From contig CAINNK010000037.1 of assembly GCA_903851135.1 (NCBI GenBank), positions 1,320-65,319 of the forward strand: a stretch of DNA of 64,000 nt. Direction: 5' to 3'. This DNA is from an uncultured bacterium (GTDB lineage Bacteria; Patescibacteriota; Minisyncoccia; Moranbacterales; GWC2-37-73). Of the stretch, positions 23,401 to 33,545 are shown piece after piece. Positions within the stretch are counted from its first letter, which is position 1, and each line of letters opens with the position of its first letter. The notes under the pieces are model-generated. The model did no database searches. It saw only the letters and a list, made by a program, of their open reading frames with translations, and had not been told where the DNA came from. Made by a program: the position numbers and the translations under genes.

Positions 23401-24211
23401 CTGTCAAAGCGGTAGTGCCTCCACTATTGCCGACGTTAAGTTGAATGGCAGGAGAAGTTGCCGTTCCATTGCCGGAAGTGCCCTGCAGTTTCAAAATGTC
23501 TGTGACTCCAGTGCCACCGATGACGGTGCCAGCAGAACCTCCAGCCAGTTGAATGTTTCCAGTGGCACTGACATTGCCTTGCGCATCAACTTTAAATTCC
23601 TGAGTGCCATTTACAGCCAAGCCCAACAGCGTATATCCAGCAGTTGCCGAAGCCGGATTAACATAAACCGTTCCGCCACTGACAGTATTGCCAGTTGGCA
23701 AACCGGCGATATTGATAAAACCATCCCCAATCAAATTATTCGAATTGAAAGCTTGCGGCACGGCGCCAATTCTTTTACGCGAAGTCATTTCAGCGTCAGT
23801 GCCAACGGTGATGCCAAGATAATATGCGTCTTGAGAAAAATCAACGTTCATCGCATTGTCACCAGCCACCGTATCCCCAAGCATAATCGAGAACATTCCG
23901 TTGGTCAGTGTCACCGCTCTGGCAGTTGGCGTACCAACTGTTCCGCGCGCAGTCCAAACCGGTGTGCCACCACTGGCAACAGTATACAAACTTATTTTGA
24001 AATTATAACTTCCATCAGCGACTGAAACGCCAGATCCGTCTGTCAATTTTCCCTGATAATTTATTTGCTTGTTGATGCCGGTTGCAGCTTGAGAAAAACT
24101 GACAAAAAATGCTATTCCAACCAACACAGAAAAAAACAAAGCAACCCATTTTGCTGTGGATTTCTCATTTTTTGGCTTATTTATTTTTATTTTTGGATTT
24201 ATGAGAAACAT
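17405..24211 (-). CDS. Secreted fibre/adhesin-like protein with VGIGT repeats and a peptidase S74-type intramolecular chaperone domain
   Basis: Signal/TM followed by GINKQINYQGKLTD, many G-x-VGIGT-x-x-P repeats, and a Cys-containing ~50-aa repeat block (ISYYDVTNHDLKFVQC). S74 motif TSDQRLKENV...GFIAQDL...VNYGAITPLL, followed by a coiled coil. Confidence 0.8.
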   Translation of the reverse strand: MFLINPKIKINKPKNEKSTAKWVALFFSVLVGIAFFVSFSQAATGINKQINYQGKLTDGSGVSVADGSYNFKISLYTVASGGTPVWTARGTVGTPTARAVTLTNGMFSIMLGDTVAGDNAMNVDFSQDAYYLGITVGTDAEMTSRKRIGAVPQAFNSNNLIGDGFINIAGLPTGNTVSGGTVYVNPASATAGYTLLGLAVNGTQEFKVDAQGNVSATGNIQLAGGSAGTVIGGTGVTDILKLQGTSGNGTATSPAIQLNVGNSGGTTALTVLNNGNVGIGTTSPSSTLSIYSSGSTTDFTIGSDATGHTSGYFYTSADTNGYLGIQSIKAEGTSYGDIVLNAAGGSVGIGTTSPTGTLQLGSGAAPVSLVMAGYGSTADVISFADSSGVENFNLTFDENANTLGFSSLSVSNMLAFARDTGYVGIGTSSPQSLLDVAGLISSSGVGTANSVQSTISADGTYYVAVGSRLGGIYTITFDDSNRVDRYTVAVNGSQFDENMSLNILNENHYSSNASMDNIRTFISSDGSTIYLAVDIANRTTSGGVLTVTNIGADAGNVGIGSLPVGLTDTTYYAMAVERDGYVGIGTTGPNHKLDVAGNIGLSASSYINFGATDGTGGYGLYDNAGTLQYKNSGGSWANLGGGGAMAIGGAITSATQGSILFAGTSGVLAQNNANFFWDNSTNRLGIGTATPAAALHVAGTSTIFGTGEGATPSAFTLRGAAATGSNIIGGNFIFDASNGTGSSGSGDFIFRTAGPLTTPVVTLDASSHNSNTTGTTLAWSHTVGSNSNRFLLVGVMGGTSGVGASSVTYGAASLTKLGTSGGYNGVVEIWYLVNPTSGTDTITITMASSCAKVGGAASWYNVDQSTPVSTSGSASGSGNGSIDAVTLSSAVGNKVFGVIQATSSASMSLTGGLGQTALWFQNPTSTFGGAGSVKDGAASTTISWTLWNSGASIGASAVAVSINHSAIPPNTTADTLTERLRITSAGNVGIGTASPGSNLEIMGATSDSSASALNVKNASGTSGLFVRNDGHVGIGTTSPMTALQVAGSVSVSGDIMPTVPTISSTVVDSGGNVGQYTSTAIGSDGFSRISYYDVTNHDLKFVQCTNAACSTKNIATLDSTGDVGQYTAMAMGADGFARISYYDVTNHDLKFVQCTNAACSTKNIATLDSTGDVGQYSSIAISSADTFARIAYYDLTNTNAKFIQCTNSACSTKNTTVVDSNAGTGKYTAVAIGTDGFARIAYASYSDSGMSYLVCSNASCSSLSSAGSINTSGAEIFQNLSLDLDSSNNFNVAYYNSTDGTLNYSHGNTTSAGTGNVIDSAGNVGQYQAAALGSDGIARMSYYDVTNGDLKFAQCSDVACSSSSTATIDSTGDTGQYTSIAVDSSGNSKISYYDVTNGDLKTISPSFTPGGSIGSSMLAFSNLFANNIGSQQISTTSANITANALTTGTALYAASSSLTSGYLADLEVSGTAAAASQTALNILTTGANATNAITTYGAKISNTHTNATSGTNVALYLNASGATTANYGLVINAGNASLAGSSYLNFGSTNGASGYGIYDNAGTLQYKNSGGSWANLGGSGGMAIGGAVTSGTLGSVYFGGTAGALAQDNSGFFYDATNHRLGLGTTAPAAMLSLFGTSNALRLSYDASHYANLASASNGDLAFSSSNTAESALVVGSGTAGQSVSVQFDGNSQDYYTGIDQSDSVFKIGLGLTVGTTPYLSINSTGNIGIGTVTPGGTLSVVSGNTTGLTTSSALNLSANSLTTGTGLYAASSTLTSGKLVDLQVSGNVASSTTQTALNILTTGTITGTVTTYGSQISNTHSGGTSTNVGLYLNASGATNNYGLIINSGFVGVGTTAPTVPVHVTSSANLTIGGYGSTGTTWGIITSASRAVSVYAPNGAVVGSTILATSDQRLKENVTPIDANKVDSFFNTVNPVDFRWIADQNLDTGFIAQDLIKEGFGYLVSVAPDSNMPEQISADGFISPAGARFVVNYGAITPLLTAGIQKNIQQINTISNQISALNLKTDTDISSLSGLQTSVDSNLLIINGKFTTLDAQITAQATTMFGMQAQIADEKNITDQLQTQINLIKEQNKTIGDFIAILDPTKIIYKDSLGNLDLLDGKLEAAEVETGILTIKIVDVNKPSIGQAIICPKLLEVDKNNKCTVAQTDENNDGFDDNTKNPISDGKSVEIKTRAVSGDSKIFTSFVKNPGSSSWVEKTMESGLDDYTGFKIIVDQSVNEGVNVDWWIVQATTSASLTFPVVTTVPSP

Positions 24212-24307
24212 TTTTGTGAGTCTTTTTTTATCTTTCTTTTTTTGAATAAAAACTACCTAAAAAAGACGCACGCTCCCTACCCAGAAATTATATTTCTTCA
24301 TAGGGAA

Positions 24308-24359
24308 ATTATAGCACAAAAAGAGCATTTTTTAAATGCTCTTTTAAAAGTTATCCACA
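24308..24359 (-). promoter_or_regulatory. Extended -10 promoter with adjacent inverted repeat and DnaA-type box, upstream of the surface-protein cluster
   Basis: TGCTATAAT on the minus strand (24308-24316); 12-bp inverted repeat AAAAGAGCATTT/AAATGCTCTTTT (24319-24345); TTATCCACA at 24351-24359. Confidence 0.5.
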
Positions 24360-24436
24360 GGTTTTTTCCGCTCAAACAAAGCAAAAAAATAATCAGTTGC
24401 AATTTTCAGGGTCCAAGACTTGAAAATCCGAAAAAA

Positions 24437-25120
24437 CTAGAGTTTTGCGATTGCTGTATAGCTCAAAATGTTCGTGTAATTTCCAGCTTTTTGCGAAGAA
24501 GGAACATCCAATTTGTAGCCAACCACTGTGCTGTCAATTCCACTCGAATATCCATTCTTGGTGTGAAACAAAGTTGAAGTGGTTGGAATGGCAGCATATT
24601 TGTAACTTGGATTCGTTCCCCACTTAGCTTCAACTGCCGTACCAGAACTCACCGTGAATCCAAAACCAGTTCCTGACCAAAAGCAAGGCGAGGCTATCGC
24701 GCAAGAATATGCTCCTATCGTCGTCACAGCGTCAGTGTGTTTCAAATTATTATTTTCTGAGATATAAAGGTCATAACCGCCCCAAGCATCGGTTGTGACT
24801 GAAGCCGTGGTGGTTGCCGTTATCGGCGTTCCGGAAGTCACCGAACCAAGATTTTTTGTGCTCGAATCCAAAAACAAACTCAAACCATACGTGGTCATAG
24901 GAGCCAACCCTTCTCCGATTGCAAAATTAGTGCTGGCCATGTTCCCAATGAAGGCTTCACCAATCGAATCAAAAGTTTTGTAGTTGGTGGAAGTGCTGAG
25001 ATTTCCGCCCGAGTTTATCGAGTCGGCGTTGATCTGATAATTCGCGCTAGACATTGCCAGCGCGGAAAGCGCGTAAAAACCGAACAAAAAAATAACAAGT
25101 AGTAGAATTATTTTTTTCAT
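24437..25120 (-). CDS. Secreted hypothetical protein, beta-sandwich/WxL-like C-terminus
   Basis: Signal peptide MKKIILLLVIFLFGFYALSALA (ATG 25120), Ser/Thr-rich body, ending VPSSQKAGNYTNILSYTAIAKL. Confidence 0.7.
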   Translation of the reverse strand: MKKIILLLVIFLFGFYALSALAMSSANYQINADSINSGGNLSTSTNYKTFDSIGEAFIGNMASTNFAIGEGLAPMTTYGLSLFLDSSTKNLGSVTSGTPITATTTASVTTDAWGGYDLYISENNNLKHTDAVTTIGAYSCAIASPCFWSGTGFGFTVSSGTAVEAKWGTNPSYKYAAIPTTSTLFHTKNGYSSGIDSTVVGYKLDVPSSQKAGNYTNILSYTAIAKL

Positions 25121-25671
25121 CTGTTTTGTAAAATAAGTTTCAAATATCAAAAAAATATTCTTGCTTACTTTGTAAATTAATTTTTATTTTAAAATTCAAT
25201 ATAGTATAAAAATAATCTTTAATAATTTGACAAAATTTATTTTTTAATACAAAAAATTATGGAATCATAAATCGCATCCAATGCGCTTTAATGCTGGGTT
25301 TTATAATTTTTAAAAATCTTAAAAAGTTTGAACTTGACAATTTCTAAATTTTTGTTTTCAAAAAACAGACTTTGAATTTTCCCAAATAAAACAATTTCAA
25401 AAAAAATTTTCACAGTTTTAATTTTATGAAATATTTTCTGATTATACACAGTGCAAATTTCTGACTAAAAAATATTTCTAAATTCTTGCGAACTTATTTT
25501 TCCTTTTTAGGACTTAGCTAGCAACGCAAAATCAGAGCCATTAGGCACAACTATCAACCAAGAAGCGTCTCCTGAAAGGAAAATACGCCGCAAAAATAGG
25601 CTGCGAAAAAGCAGTCTTACTTAGAATCATAATCCGAGTAAGACCTTTTTTCTGCTACTTTTTTTCAAAAG

Positions 25672-27866
<2,195 letters not shown>

Positions 27867-27872
27867 CGTTTG

Positions 27873-28244
27873 TCAGCGAGTTAAATAATATAGTTCCACC
27901 AAAAATATTCCAGCCGCACTCAAAGCCCCATCCCACCAGGTCAAAACCCGATATTGTTGAAAAACTAAAAGGATGATGAACAACAGCGACAACAAAACTC
28001 CTTGCCGGAAACTGACGCCGATGAAAACCATTGATTCATCTTCGTCTTTTTGCATCTTTTGCCAAATCCAAGTGAGCAGCAACACGAAAGTGCTCGCAAG
28101 AAACAAAAATCCACTGACATAAAAAAGCAGCCAACCAGGAGCGCCTGATTTTTCCGGATCGATGTTGGTGAAAACCAAGACCCAAGCGGCCAGCGAAATT
28201 GCCCAACCGATTCTCATTCCCCAGAGATATGATTTTAATGTCAT
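27873..28244 (-). CDS. Small integral membrane protein (4 TM)
   Basis: 123-aa ORF with four hydrophobic segments and an SFRQGVLLS motif; co-directional with gyrB. Confidence 0.8.
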   Translation of the reverse strand: MTLKSYLWGMRIGWAISLAAWVLVFTNIDPEKSGAPGWLLFYVSGFLFLASTFVLLLTWIWQKMQKDEDESMVFIGVSFRQGVLLSLLFIILLVFQQYRVLTWWDGALSAAGIFLVELYYLTR

Positions 28245-28313
28245 GTTTGTTTGCCTGCCCCGTTAAATTGAATTTTCATTTAACTAGGGTTTTTTGTTTT
28301 TTGCTACTTATCC

Positions 28314-28342
28314 ATTATAACGGAAAAAACCCTCAAAGGCAA
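28314..28342 (-). promoter_or_regulatory. Sigma70-type promoter for the membrane protein/gyrB unit
   Basis: TTGCCT-N17-TATAAT on the minus strand. Confidence 0.6.
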
Positions 28343-28367
28343 GCAAAAATCAATTATTTAGCTTTAA

Positions 28368-28395
28368 TTGACATAATCTCAAAAACCCGTATAAT
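28368..28395 (+). promoter_or_regulatory. Consensus sigma70 promoter of the tRNA operon
   Basis: TTGACA-N16-TATAAT ending 26 nt before tRNA-fMet. Confidence 0.8.
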
Positions 28396-28421
28396 CAAAG
28401 AACGTTATCGAAATTTTACAT

Positions 28422-28495
28422 AGCGGGATGGAGCAGTCTGGCAGCTCGCGTGGCTCATAACCACGAGGTCGTAGGTTCGAATCCTACTCCCGCAA
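28422..28495 (+). tRNA. tRNA-fMet (initiator, CAT)
   Basis: Cloverleaf: AGCGGGA/TCCCGCA with unpaired 1:72, A11-U24, anticodon arm CGTGG-CTCATAA-CCACG, T-loop TTCGAAT. Confidence 0.92.
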
Positions 28496-28599
28496 CAAGT
28501 TATCCTGAGATTCGCAACGCAAAACATACAGCGTGACAAACTTAAACGGAGCCTTTCGTTTTTTACGTTATGCGTTTTACGTTTAAAGTTTCGGGTTTT

Positions 28600-28673
28600 G
28601 GCAGGGTAGCTCAGTTGGTTAGAGCACAGCCTTCATAAGGCTGGGGTCGCGAGTCCGAGTCTCGCCCCTGCTA
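28600..28673 (+). tRNA. tRNA-Met (elongator, CAT; Ile2 less likely)
   Basis: GGCAGGG/CCCTGCT-A; D arm GCTC/GAGC; anticodon arm CAGCC-TTCATAA-GGCTG; T arm GCGAG-TCCGAGT-CTCGC. Confidence 0.88.
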
Positions 28674-28695
28674 CGGATATTGATTGAAAAAAATC

Positions 28696-29373
28696 ATGCC
28701 AATTTACAAAAAGAAAAATGAGAATTTCTTTAAAAAATGGTCACCAGAAATGGCTTACGTGTTGGGATTTTTTGCAGCAGATGGTTGCATGATTAAAAAC
28801 AATCGCGGAGCACATTTTATTGAGTTTCATATTACTGATTTAGATATTTTGGAAAAAATTAAAAAATTACTAGAAGCTGAGAATAAAATTTCAACAAGAA
28901 AAACCAGTGCTGAATTAGCAAATGCATATAGACTACAAATAGGAAGCAAGGAAATGTTTAAAGATTTATTATCGCTTGAATTTAAGCCTAGAAAGAGTGC
29001 CAGCGTTCAATTTCCAAAAATTCCAAACAAATATTTGAAAGATTTTGTTCGAGGATATTTTGATGGAGATGGAAATGTTTATGCAAATGAATATCAAAGA
29101 AAAGGAAAACCTAGCAAAAGTCTAACATTGCTAGCAGGATTCACTTGCGGTAGCAAAAATTTTTTAGAAAAGTTAAAAGAAGAATTGAAACAGGTTGCAA
29201 ATTTATCAGGGGGAACATTGCATGAAATTGGCGGGTACTTTCGCCTATACTATTCAGTAAAAGATAGTTGCAAGTTGTATAAATTCATGTACAATACAAA
29301 AAGTGATTTATTTTTGGAGCGAAAGAAAAAGGTTTTTGAAGGTTATTTCAAAAAGCAAAATATTTTATTTTGA
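28696..29373 (+). CDS. Free-standing double-motif LAGLIDADG homing endonuclease
   Basis: Two motifs, AYVLGFFAADGC and DFVRGYFDGDGN, and a C-terminal LERKK. Visibly more AT-rich than its neighbours. ATG at 28696 (track start 28684). Confidence 0.88.
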   Translation: MPIYKKKNENFFKKWSPEMAYVLGFFAADGCMIKNNRGAHFIEFHITDLDILEKIKKLLEAENKISTRKTSAELANAYRLQIGSKEMFKDLLSLEFKPRKSASVQFPKIPNKYLKDFVRGYFDGDGNVYANEYQRKGKPSKSLTLLAGFTCGSKNFLEKLKEELKQVANLSGGTLHEIGGYFRLYYSVKDSCKLYKFMYNTKSDLFLERKKKVFEGYFKKQNILF

Positions 29374-29379
29374 TAAAAT

Positions 29380-29453
29380 GGACTGGTAGCTCAGTTGGTT
29401 AGAGCACCGCCCTGTCACGGCGGGGGTCGAGGGTTCGAGTCCCTTCCAGTCCG
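29380..29453 (+). tRNA. tRNA-Asp (GTC)
   Basis: GGACTGG/CCAGTCC-G; anticodon arm CCGCC-CTGTCAC-GGCGG; T-loop TTCGAGT. Confidence 0.95.
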
Positions 29454-29460
29454 CATAGAT

Positions 29461-29494
29461 AAAAAAAGCATTCATATTCCATGAATGCTTTTTT
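29461..29494. terminator. Bidirectional intrinsic terminator
   Basis: AAAAAAAGCATTCAT-attcc-ATGAATGCTTTTTT between the convergent tRNA operon and a GH130 gene. Confidence 0.8.
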
Positions 29495-29595
29495 GCTTGC
29501 AATTATCCTTATGATTTTTAATTTTACAAAAAAATCTTTTTTAATTCCACTACAATATACTGAAATATTGTAATCTTTTTTTATTAAGCCAAAAA

Positions 29596-31488
29596 CTAAA
29601 CATCCATCGCTTCCAGAATCCCTTCGAGACTAGCCGTAGCCACACCTAACACGCTATCTCCCCCGCCATAATACATAAAGATATTGTCACCCCGATTTAT
29701 GATTCCGCAAGGAAAAACAACCCGAGAAACTTGGCCATTATTTTCATAGTCTGTTTCCGGTTCAAAAATAAAGTCCGTGGTTCTGGCCAGCACGATTGTC
29801 GGATCCTTCAAAGCAAGCAAAATTGCCCCGACACGATAAGTGCTACTATCTGAAACTCCGTGATAGAAAAGCAGCCAGCCTTTTTTCGTTTTGATTGGCG
29901 GCGCTGCAATCCCAACTTTTTGACTATCCCACATGCCGGTTCGCGGACCAACGATTGGCGTGAAACTTTCGATTTTGTCCATTTCAAAATTTGCCGAACG
30001 AACTCGGTCAAGGCAAATATGATTATGTGCTCGATGAAAAACAAAATAATGTCCTTTGATTTTTTCAGGAAAAAGACAGGCGTCCTTATTATCAATTCCC
30101 ACTGGCGTAATAATAGTTGGATAAGTCCAATTCCAGTTTCTTTTCAGAAAATCGCCCGCTGCAATGCTGGTCGCGGCCACACCTGGCGGATTAACACCAT
30201 CATAAGCCGTATAAAACATATACAGCGTGTCATCGATTTGCGTCAGCCGCGGATCTTCACAGCCGGAATTGCCAGGATGAGTTTTCATTTCAAAAGCTTG
30301 GCGAGGGACATAAATCGGCTCTTCCAACCTTTCCAAAATATCTTTGCCGTTTTTTGAAATTGCCAAGCCCATCACCGAAGTGTCATCACTGCCCATTGCG
30401 CGATAGACGATATAAATTTTACCTTTCAATTCGACAGCGGCCGGATTAAACACCGCTTTGTTTTCCCAGACGTGATTTTCAAGCGGAAGCAGAATTGGAT
30501 TTTTTTTGCTACGTGAAAAAACCGGCTCTCTTTTGATGCTACGCAGCAAATCATCCAAGTTCACACTGGCTCGACAACAAGTAGTGTCGGTGGCTCCGTA
30601 ATAAATGAAAAGTTTTTTGCCAGCCACAAAAGACCCGGACGGGAAAATGACATTCGGCACTTGTCCAAATTCTTCATAAGTTTCTTCCGGCACCAACAAG
30701 GGCCCGGAAGTTCTAGCCACAATTTTCCGTGGGTCTTTCAAATCCAAAAGCAAAGCCTCAATACCAAAAATTTTATGATCACTGAAATAATTTTGAATAT
30801 GCGAATATATCATCAGCCAGCCGTCTTTCGTTTTGATTGGCGCTGAACCTATTTCCACATGATCAGTTTCACCTCTTCGCAAGACAATGCGATGACTTTC
30901 AATTTCACTATGCCACTTTTCCCAATAAGCTTGCGACCAAATTTCCTCCAGACTATCAAATTCAGCCAAGGCTGTAATCACAGGAGGACTGTCAGTGTGG
31001 GCACTCAGCATTGCCACATATTTGCCATTGATTTTTTCCGGAAAAAGCACCATAGCTTTAGCATTAAACGGAGTGACTAATTTTTTTTGGATGATTTTTT
31101 TGAAGTCCTTAGTGGTGGCTACAGCAATCTTGATACCTTCAGCGGCAAATGGAAAAACTGAAAGGGCGGTATAAAAAATATAGTAAGTATCATCAATTTT
31201 TGTGACGCGCGGATCTTCACAACCAAATTGCTCCCATTCGTGTTCCGGCGCAATGAACTGCCGACGCTTTTCATAATGATGCCCATCTTCACTGCAAGTA
31301 TAGCCAATGGAAGAAATTCGCAATTCTTTTTTGTGAACATATTCCATGTCTGATTCGGCTCGATACAAAGCATGAATTTTTTTCTTGTCCTGAATCGGAC
31401 ACCAATTGAAAGCGGCAAACGATTCCCAGGAATGATCTGAAATAGGTTTTAACAATGGATTGTGAGTTGATCTTCTGACAACAAGCAT
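29596..31488 (-). CDS. Tandem two-domain GH130-like (DUF377) glycosidase/mannoside phosphorylase
   Basis: Both halves carry FN...YRA, GCEDPR, LFPEKI, VxFPxG and YYGxxD motifs. Confidence 0.85.
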   Translation of the reverse strand: MLVVRRSTHNPLLKPISDHSWESFAAFNWCPIQDKKKIHALYRAESDMEYVHKKELRISSIGYTCSEDGHHYEKRRQFIAPEHEWEQFGCEDPRVTKIDDTYYIFYTALSVFPFAAEGIKIAVATTKDFKKIIQKKLVTPFNAKAMVLFPEKINGKYVAMLSAHTDSPPVITALAEFDSLEEIWSQAYWEKWHSEIESHRIVLRRGETDHVEIGSAPIKTKDGWLMIYSHIQNYFSDHKIFGIEALLLDLKDPRKIVARTSGPLLVPEETYEEFGQVPNVIFPSGSFVAGKKLFIYYGATDTTCCRASVNLDDLLRSIKREPVFSRSKKNPILLPLENHVWENKAVFNPAAVELKGKIYIVYRAMGSDDTSVMGLAISKNGKDILERLEEPIYVPRQAFEMKTHPGNSGCEDPRLTQIDDTLYMFYTAYDGVNPPGVAATSIAAGDFLKRNWNWTYPTIITPVGIDNKDACLFPEKIKGHYFVFHRAHNHICLDRVRSANFEMDKIESFTPIVGPRTGMWDSQKVGIAAPPIKTKKGWLLFYHGVSDSSTYRVGAILLALKDPTIVLARTTDFIFEPETDYENNGQVSRVVFPCGIINRGDNIFMYYGGGDSVLGVATASLEGILEAMDV

Positions 31489-31568
31489 AGTTTGATATTT
31501 ATTTTATTATTTAAATCAGGCTAAGCACCAATTTTATATTTTGCGGAATTGAGCGTACTTTATGGTTT

Positions 31569-31673
31569 AAATTTTTACGAGCTTGTTTGCTTTTTAGACC
31601 ACTGCAAGCGATTAGCTATAATTCCTAGCCAAAGGAACGCGCCCTAAAAAGGAAACGAGCGAAGTAAAAATTT
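31569..31673. repeat. Intergenic imperfect palindrome with GAGC/GCGA arms
   Basis: AAATTTTTAC-GAGC-TTGTTTGCTTTTTAG ... CTAAAAAGGAAACGA-GCGA-AGTAAAAATTT. Confidence 0.6.
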
Positions 31674-31715
31674 CTAACTTAGTTTCTGAGAACCAAAATG
31701 TTTCATATTCCAAAC

Positions 31716-33545
31716 TTAATCAATTTTTTCTAATAGAAAAGATTTTTTGGAATCACTGATGGCGGGCGCAGTCAATTCTTGCAAAAATTCATTCACATTT
31801 TCCGTAGCCACGCAAACCACACTATCAGCTCCACCATAATACACAAAAAGTTTGTCATCCTTAATCACCGCCCCACAAACATAGACCACGCCAGCCTTAG
31901 CTCCCTGATTTTCATAGTGAGCCAACGGTTCCAAGATTGGATAATTACAACGATGCAAAATTTTTGTCGGATCCTTATAGTCCAAAATCATCGCTCCAAC
32001 TTTATACTTGTCAGGATCGCGTTTATCCATAGCATGATACAAAACCAACCAACCATACTCAGTCAGCAGTGGCGGTGCGCCGGCGCCCCTGACAATATTA
32101 TCCCAACGATGTTCATCAACTCCCGGTTTTTTTGTGCTTTCAATAACAATGCCCTCCTTGTCCAAATTATCAACATATTCAATGGAAATTTTCGGAGTAA
32201 TGCTATGCAAAATTGCATATTTGCCGTTAATTTTTTCTGGGAAAATCATCCAGTTTTTTTGAATCTCACCTGCCCTTGAAATCAATTTAGGCTTTTTCCA
32301 TTTCCAACTTTTACTGAGGAAATCACTGACCTTTATGGATGTCAGGGCCACGCCGGGAGGATTACACCCATCAAAAAAAACATAGGTCACATAAATCCGT
32401 TTACCAATTATGGTTGCCCGAGGATCTTCACAGCCCGCCCAACTGCCGCCGGAAACATACAAAGATTTAACAACCGGTTTCTTCTCAACGATGCGTAAAT
32501 TTTCTGCCAACGAAAAAATTGGATAATTCAAGCGTTCATTAATCGTAAATCCATCATCCGAAGCGGCATAGCCCAAAACCGAAACTCCGTTTTCACCAAT
32601 AGCCCGATAAAGCAAATGAATTTTATTATCCAAATACAAAGCGGCGGGATTAAAGGTGGCATCGCGCTCCCATTTGTTTAGCGCCTTAGGCTGCAAAATC
32701 GGATTGCTGGCGTGCCTTTTCAGTTGCCTGGTTTGCTTGGTCAAAATCAAACCTGACGAAGCAAGATTAATTGTTTTTACAAAAAATTCATTTCCAAAGG
32801 AAGACCAATAAATATGCAGTGATTCATCAATAACCGCGCAACCTAAAAATCTAATCTCATATTTCTTTTTCTCCACGGATTCCTCCCAAATTGGAACTTC
32901 CGATCGCCAAATCGGCACATAAGGTTTATCCAGAGAAAATAACGCACAGCCAATCTTTATTGTATAGCTACTCTTCTTATCAATTCTGGCATCATACAAA
33001 ACCAAAATCCCTCGTTGAACAATGACCGTGCCAATAACATGCAGCAGTGCTCCGTCATCAAAAAAATCCTTTCGTTTTGGCAACAAGTGCCCCGTGCTGT
33101 GCCAATGCGTCAAATTATCCGAAGCTGCAACCTGAATTGATTTATCGCCATAGTAAGTCAAGAAATTCTTTTTGTACTTGTGATTTGAGACAATTGGAAA
33201 AAGGCTAACCAAATCAGCGGTTCCTTTGATAATTTCAAAGTTTTGCAAGTCGTTTGACTGGGCAATTAAAATTTGTTTTTTTCCTTTAAGGCTTTGCTCC
33301 AAAAAAAGATAAGCTTTGCCACCATAAGCAAAAAAAGAAAGCGCGCCGCAATCAACTAATCGTTTTCGCCGGCCACTTTCCAAGAAAAAGCTAACTTCAT
33401 GTTTGTTTTTAAAGGCTAGTCCATCATCACTATCAGATAAAAATATTTTTGTTTCAACAAAAGTTTTAACTCCATACACAAGCACCACTTTTTTTTCGTG
33501 TTGCACGGCTGAAAAAGGATAGAATGTAGAATTTATCTTTGCCAT
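31716..33545 (-). CDS. GH130-like glycosidase with a degenerate N-terminal propeller domain
   Basis: The C-terminal half has FNPAA, YRA, GCEDPR, KNWMIFPEKING and YYGGAD; the N-terminal half lacks EDPR. Confidence 0.8.
   Translation of the reverse strand: MAKINSTFYPFSAVQHEKKVVLVYGVKTFVETKIFLSDSDDGLAFKNKHEVSFFLESGRRKRLVDCGALSFFAYGGKAYLFLEQSLKGKKQILIAQSNDLQNFEIIKGTADLVSLFPIVSNHKYKKNFLTYYGDKSIQVAASDNLTHWHSTGHLLPKRKDFFDDGALLHVIGTVIVQRGILVLYDARIDKKSSYTIKIGCALFSLDKPYVPIWRSEVPIWEESVEKKKYEIRFLGCAVIDESLHIYWSSFGNEFFVKTINLASSGLILTKQTRQLKRHASNPILQPKALNKWERDATFNPAALYLDNKIHLLYRAIGENGVSVLGYAASDDGFTINERLNYPIFSLAENLRIVEKKPVVKSLYVSGGSWAGCEDPRATIIGKRIYVTYVFFDGCNPPGVALTSIKVSDFLSKSWKWKKPKLISRAGEIQKNWMIFPEKINGKYAILHSITPKISIEYVDNLDKEGIVIESTKKPGVDEHRWDNIVRGAGAPPLLTEYGWLVLYHAMDKRDPDKYKVGAMILDYKDPTKILHRCNYPILEPLAHYENQGAKAGVVYVCGAVIKDDKLFVYYGGADSVVCVATENVNEFLQELTAPAISDSKKSFLLEKID

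Noticed and set aside
17405-24211. Prophage tail gene
   Set aside because: The protein has a signal/TM N-terminus and lies among cellular surface genes, with no terminase, capsid or integrase in the window.
1569-24211. Diversity-generating retroelement acting on the surface proteins
   Set aside because: No reverse transcriptase, and no template/variable repeat pair with adenine-specific mismatches; the repeats are in-frame domain duplications.
625-24577. Many short alternative-frame and antisense ORFs in the track (for example 23234..24025, 4110..4541, 15780..16250)
   Set aside because: They overlap the giant CDSs and show no motifs; they are best explained as shadows of repetitive Gly/Ser/Thr/Ala-rich coding sequence.
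25510-25665. Riboswitch or ncRNA downstream of gyrB
   Set aside because: It has a GTCTTACT/AGTAAGAC hairpin but no aptamer consensus I recognise; a terminator or repeat remnant explains it.
28606-29407. Shared GGTAGCTCAGTTGGTTAGAGCAC around the LAGLIDADG gene as a target-site duplication
   Set aside because: It is the ordinary conserved D-arm of two different complete tRNAs.
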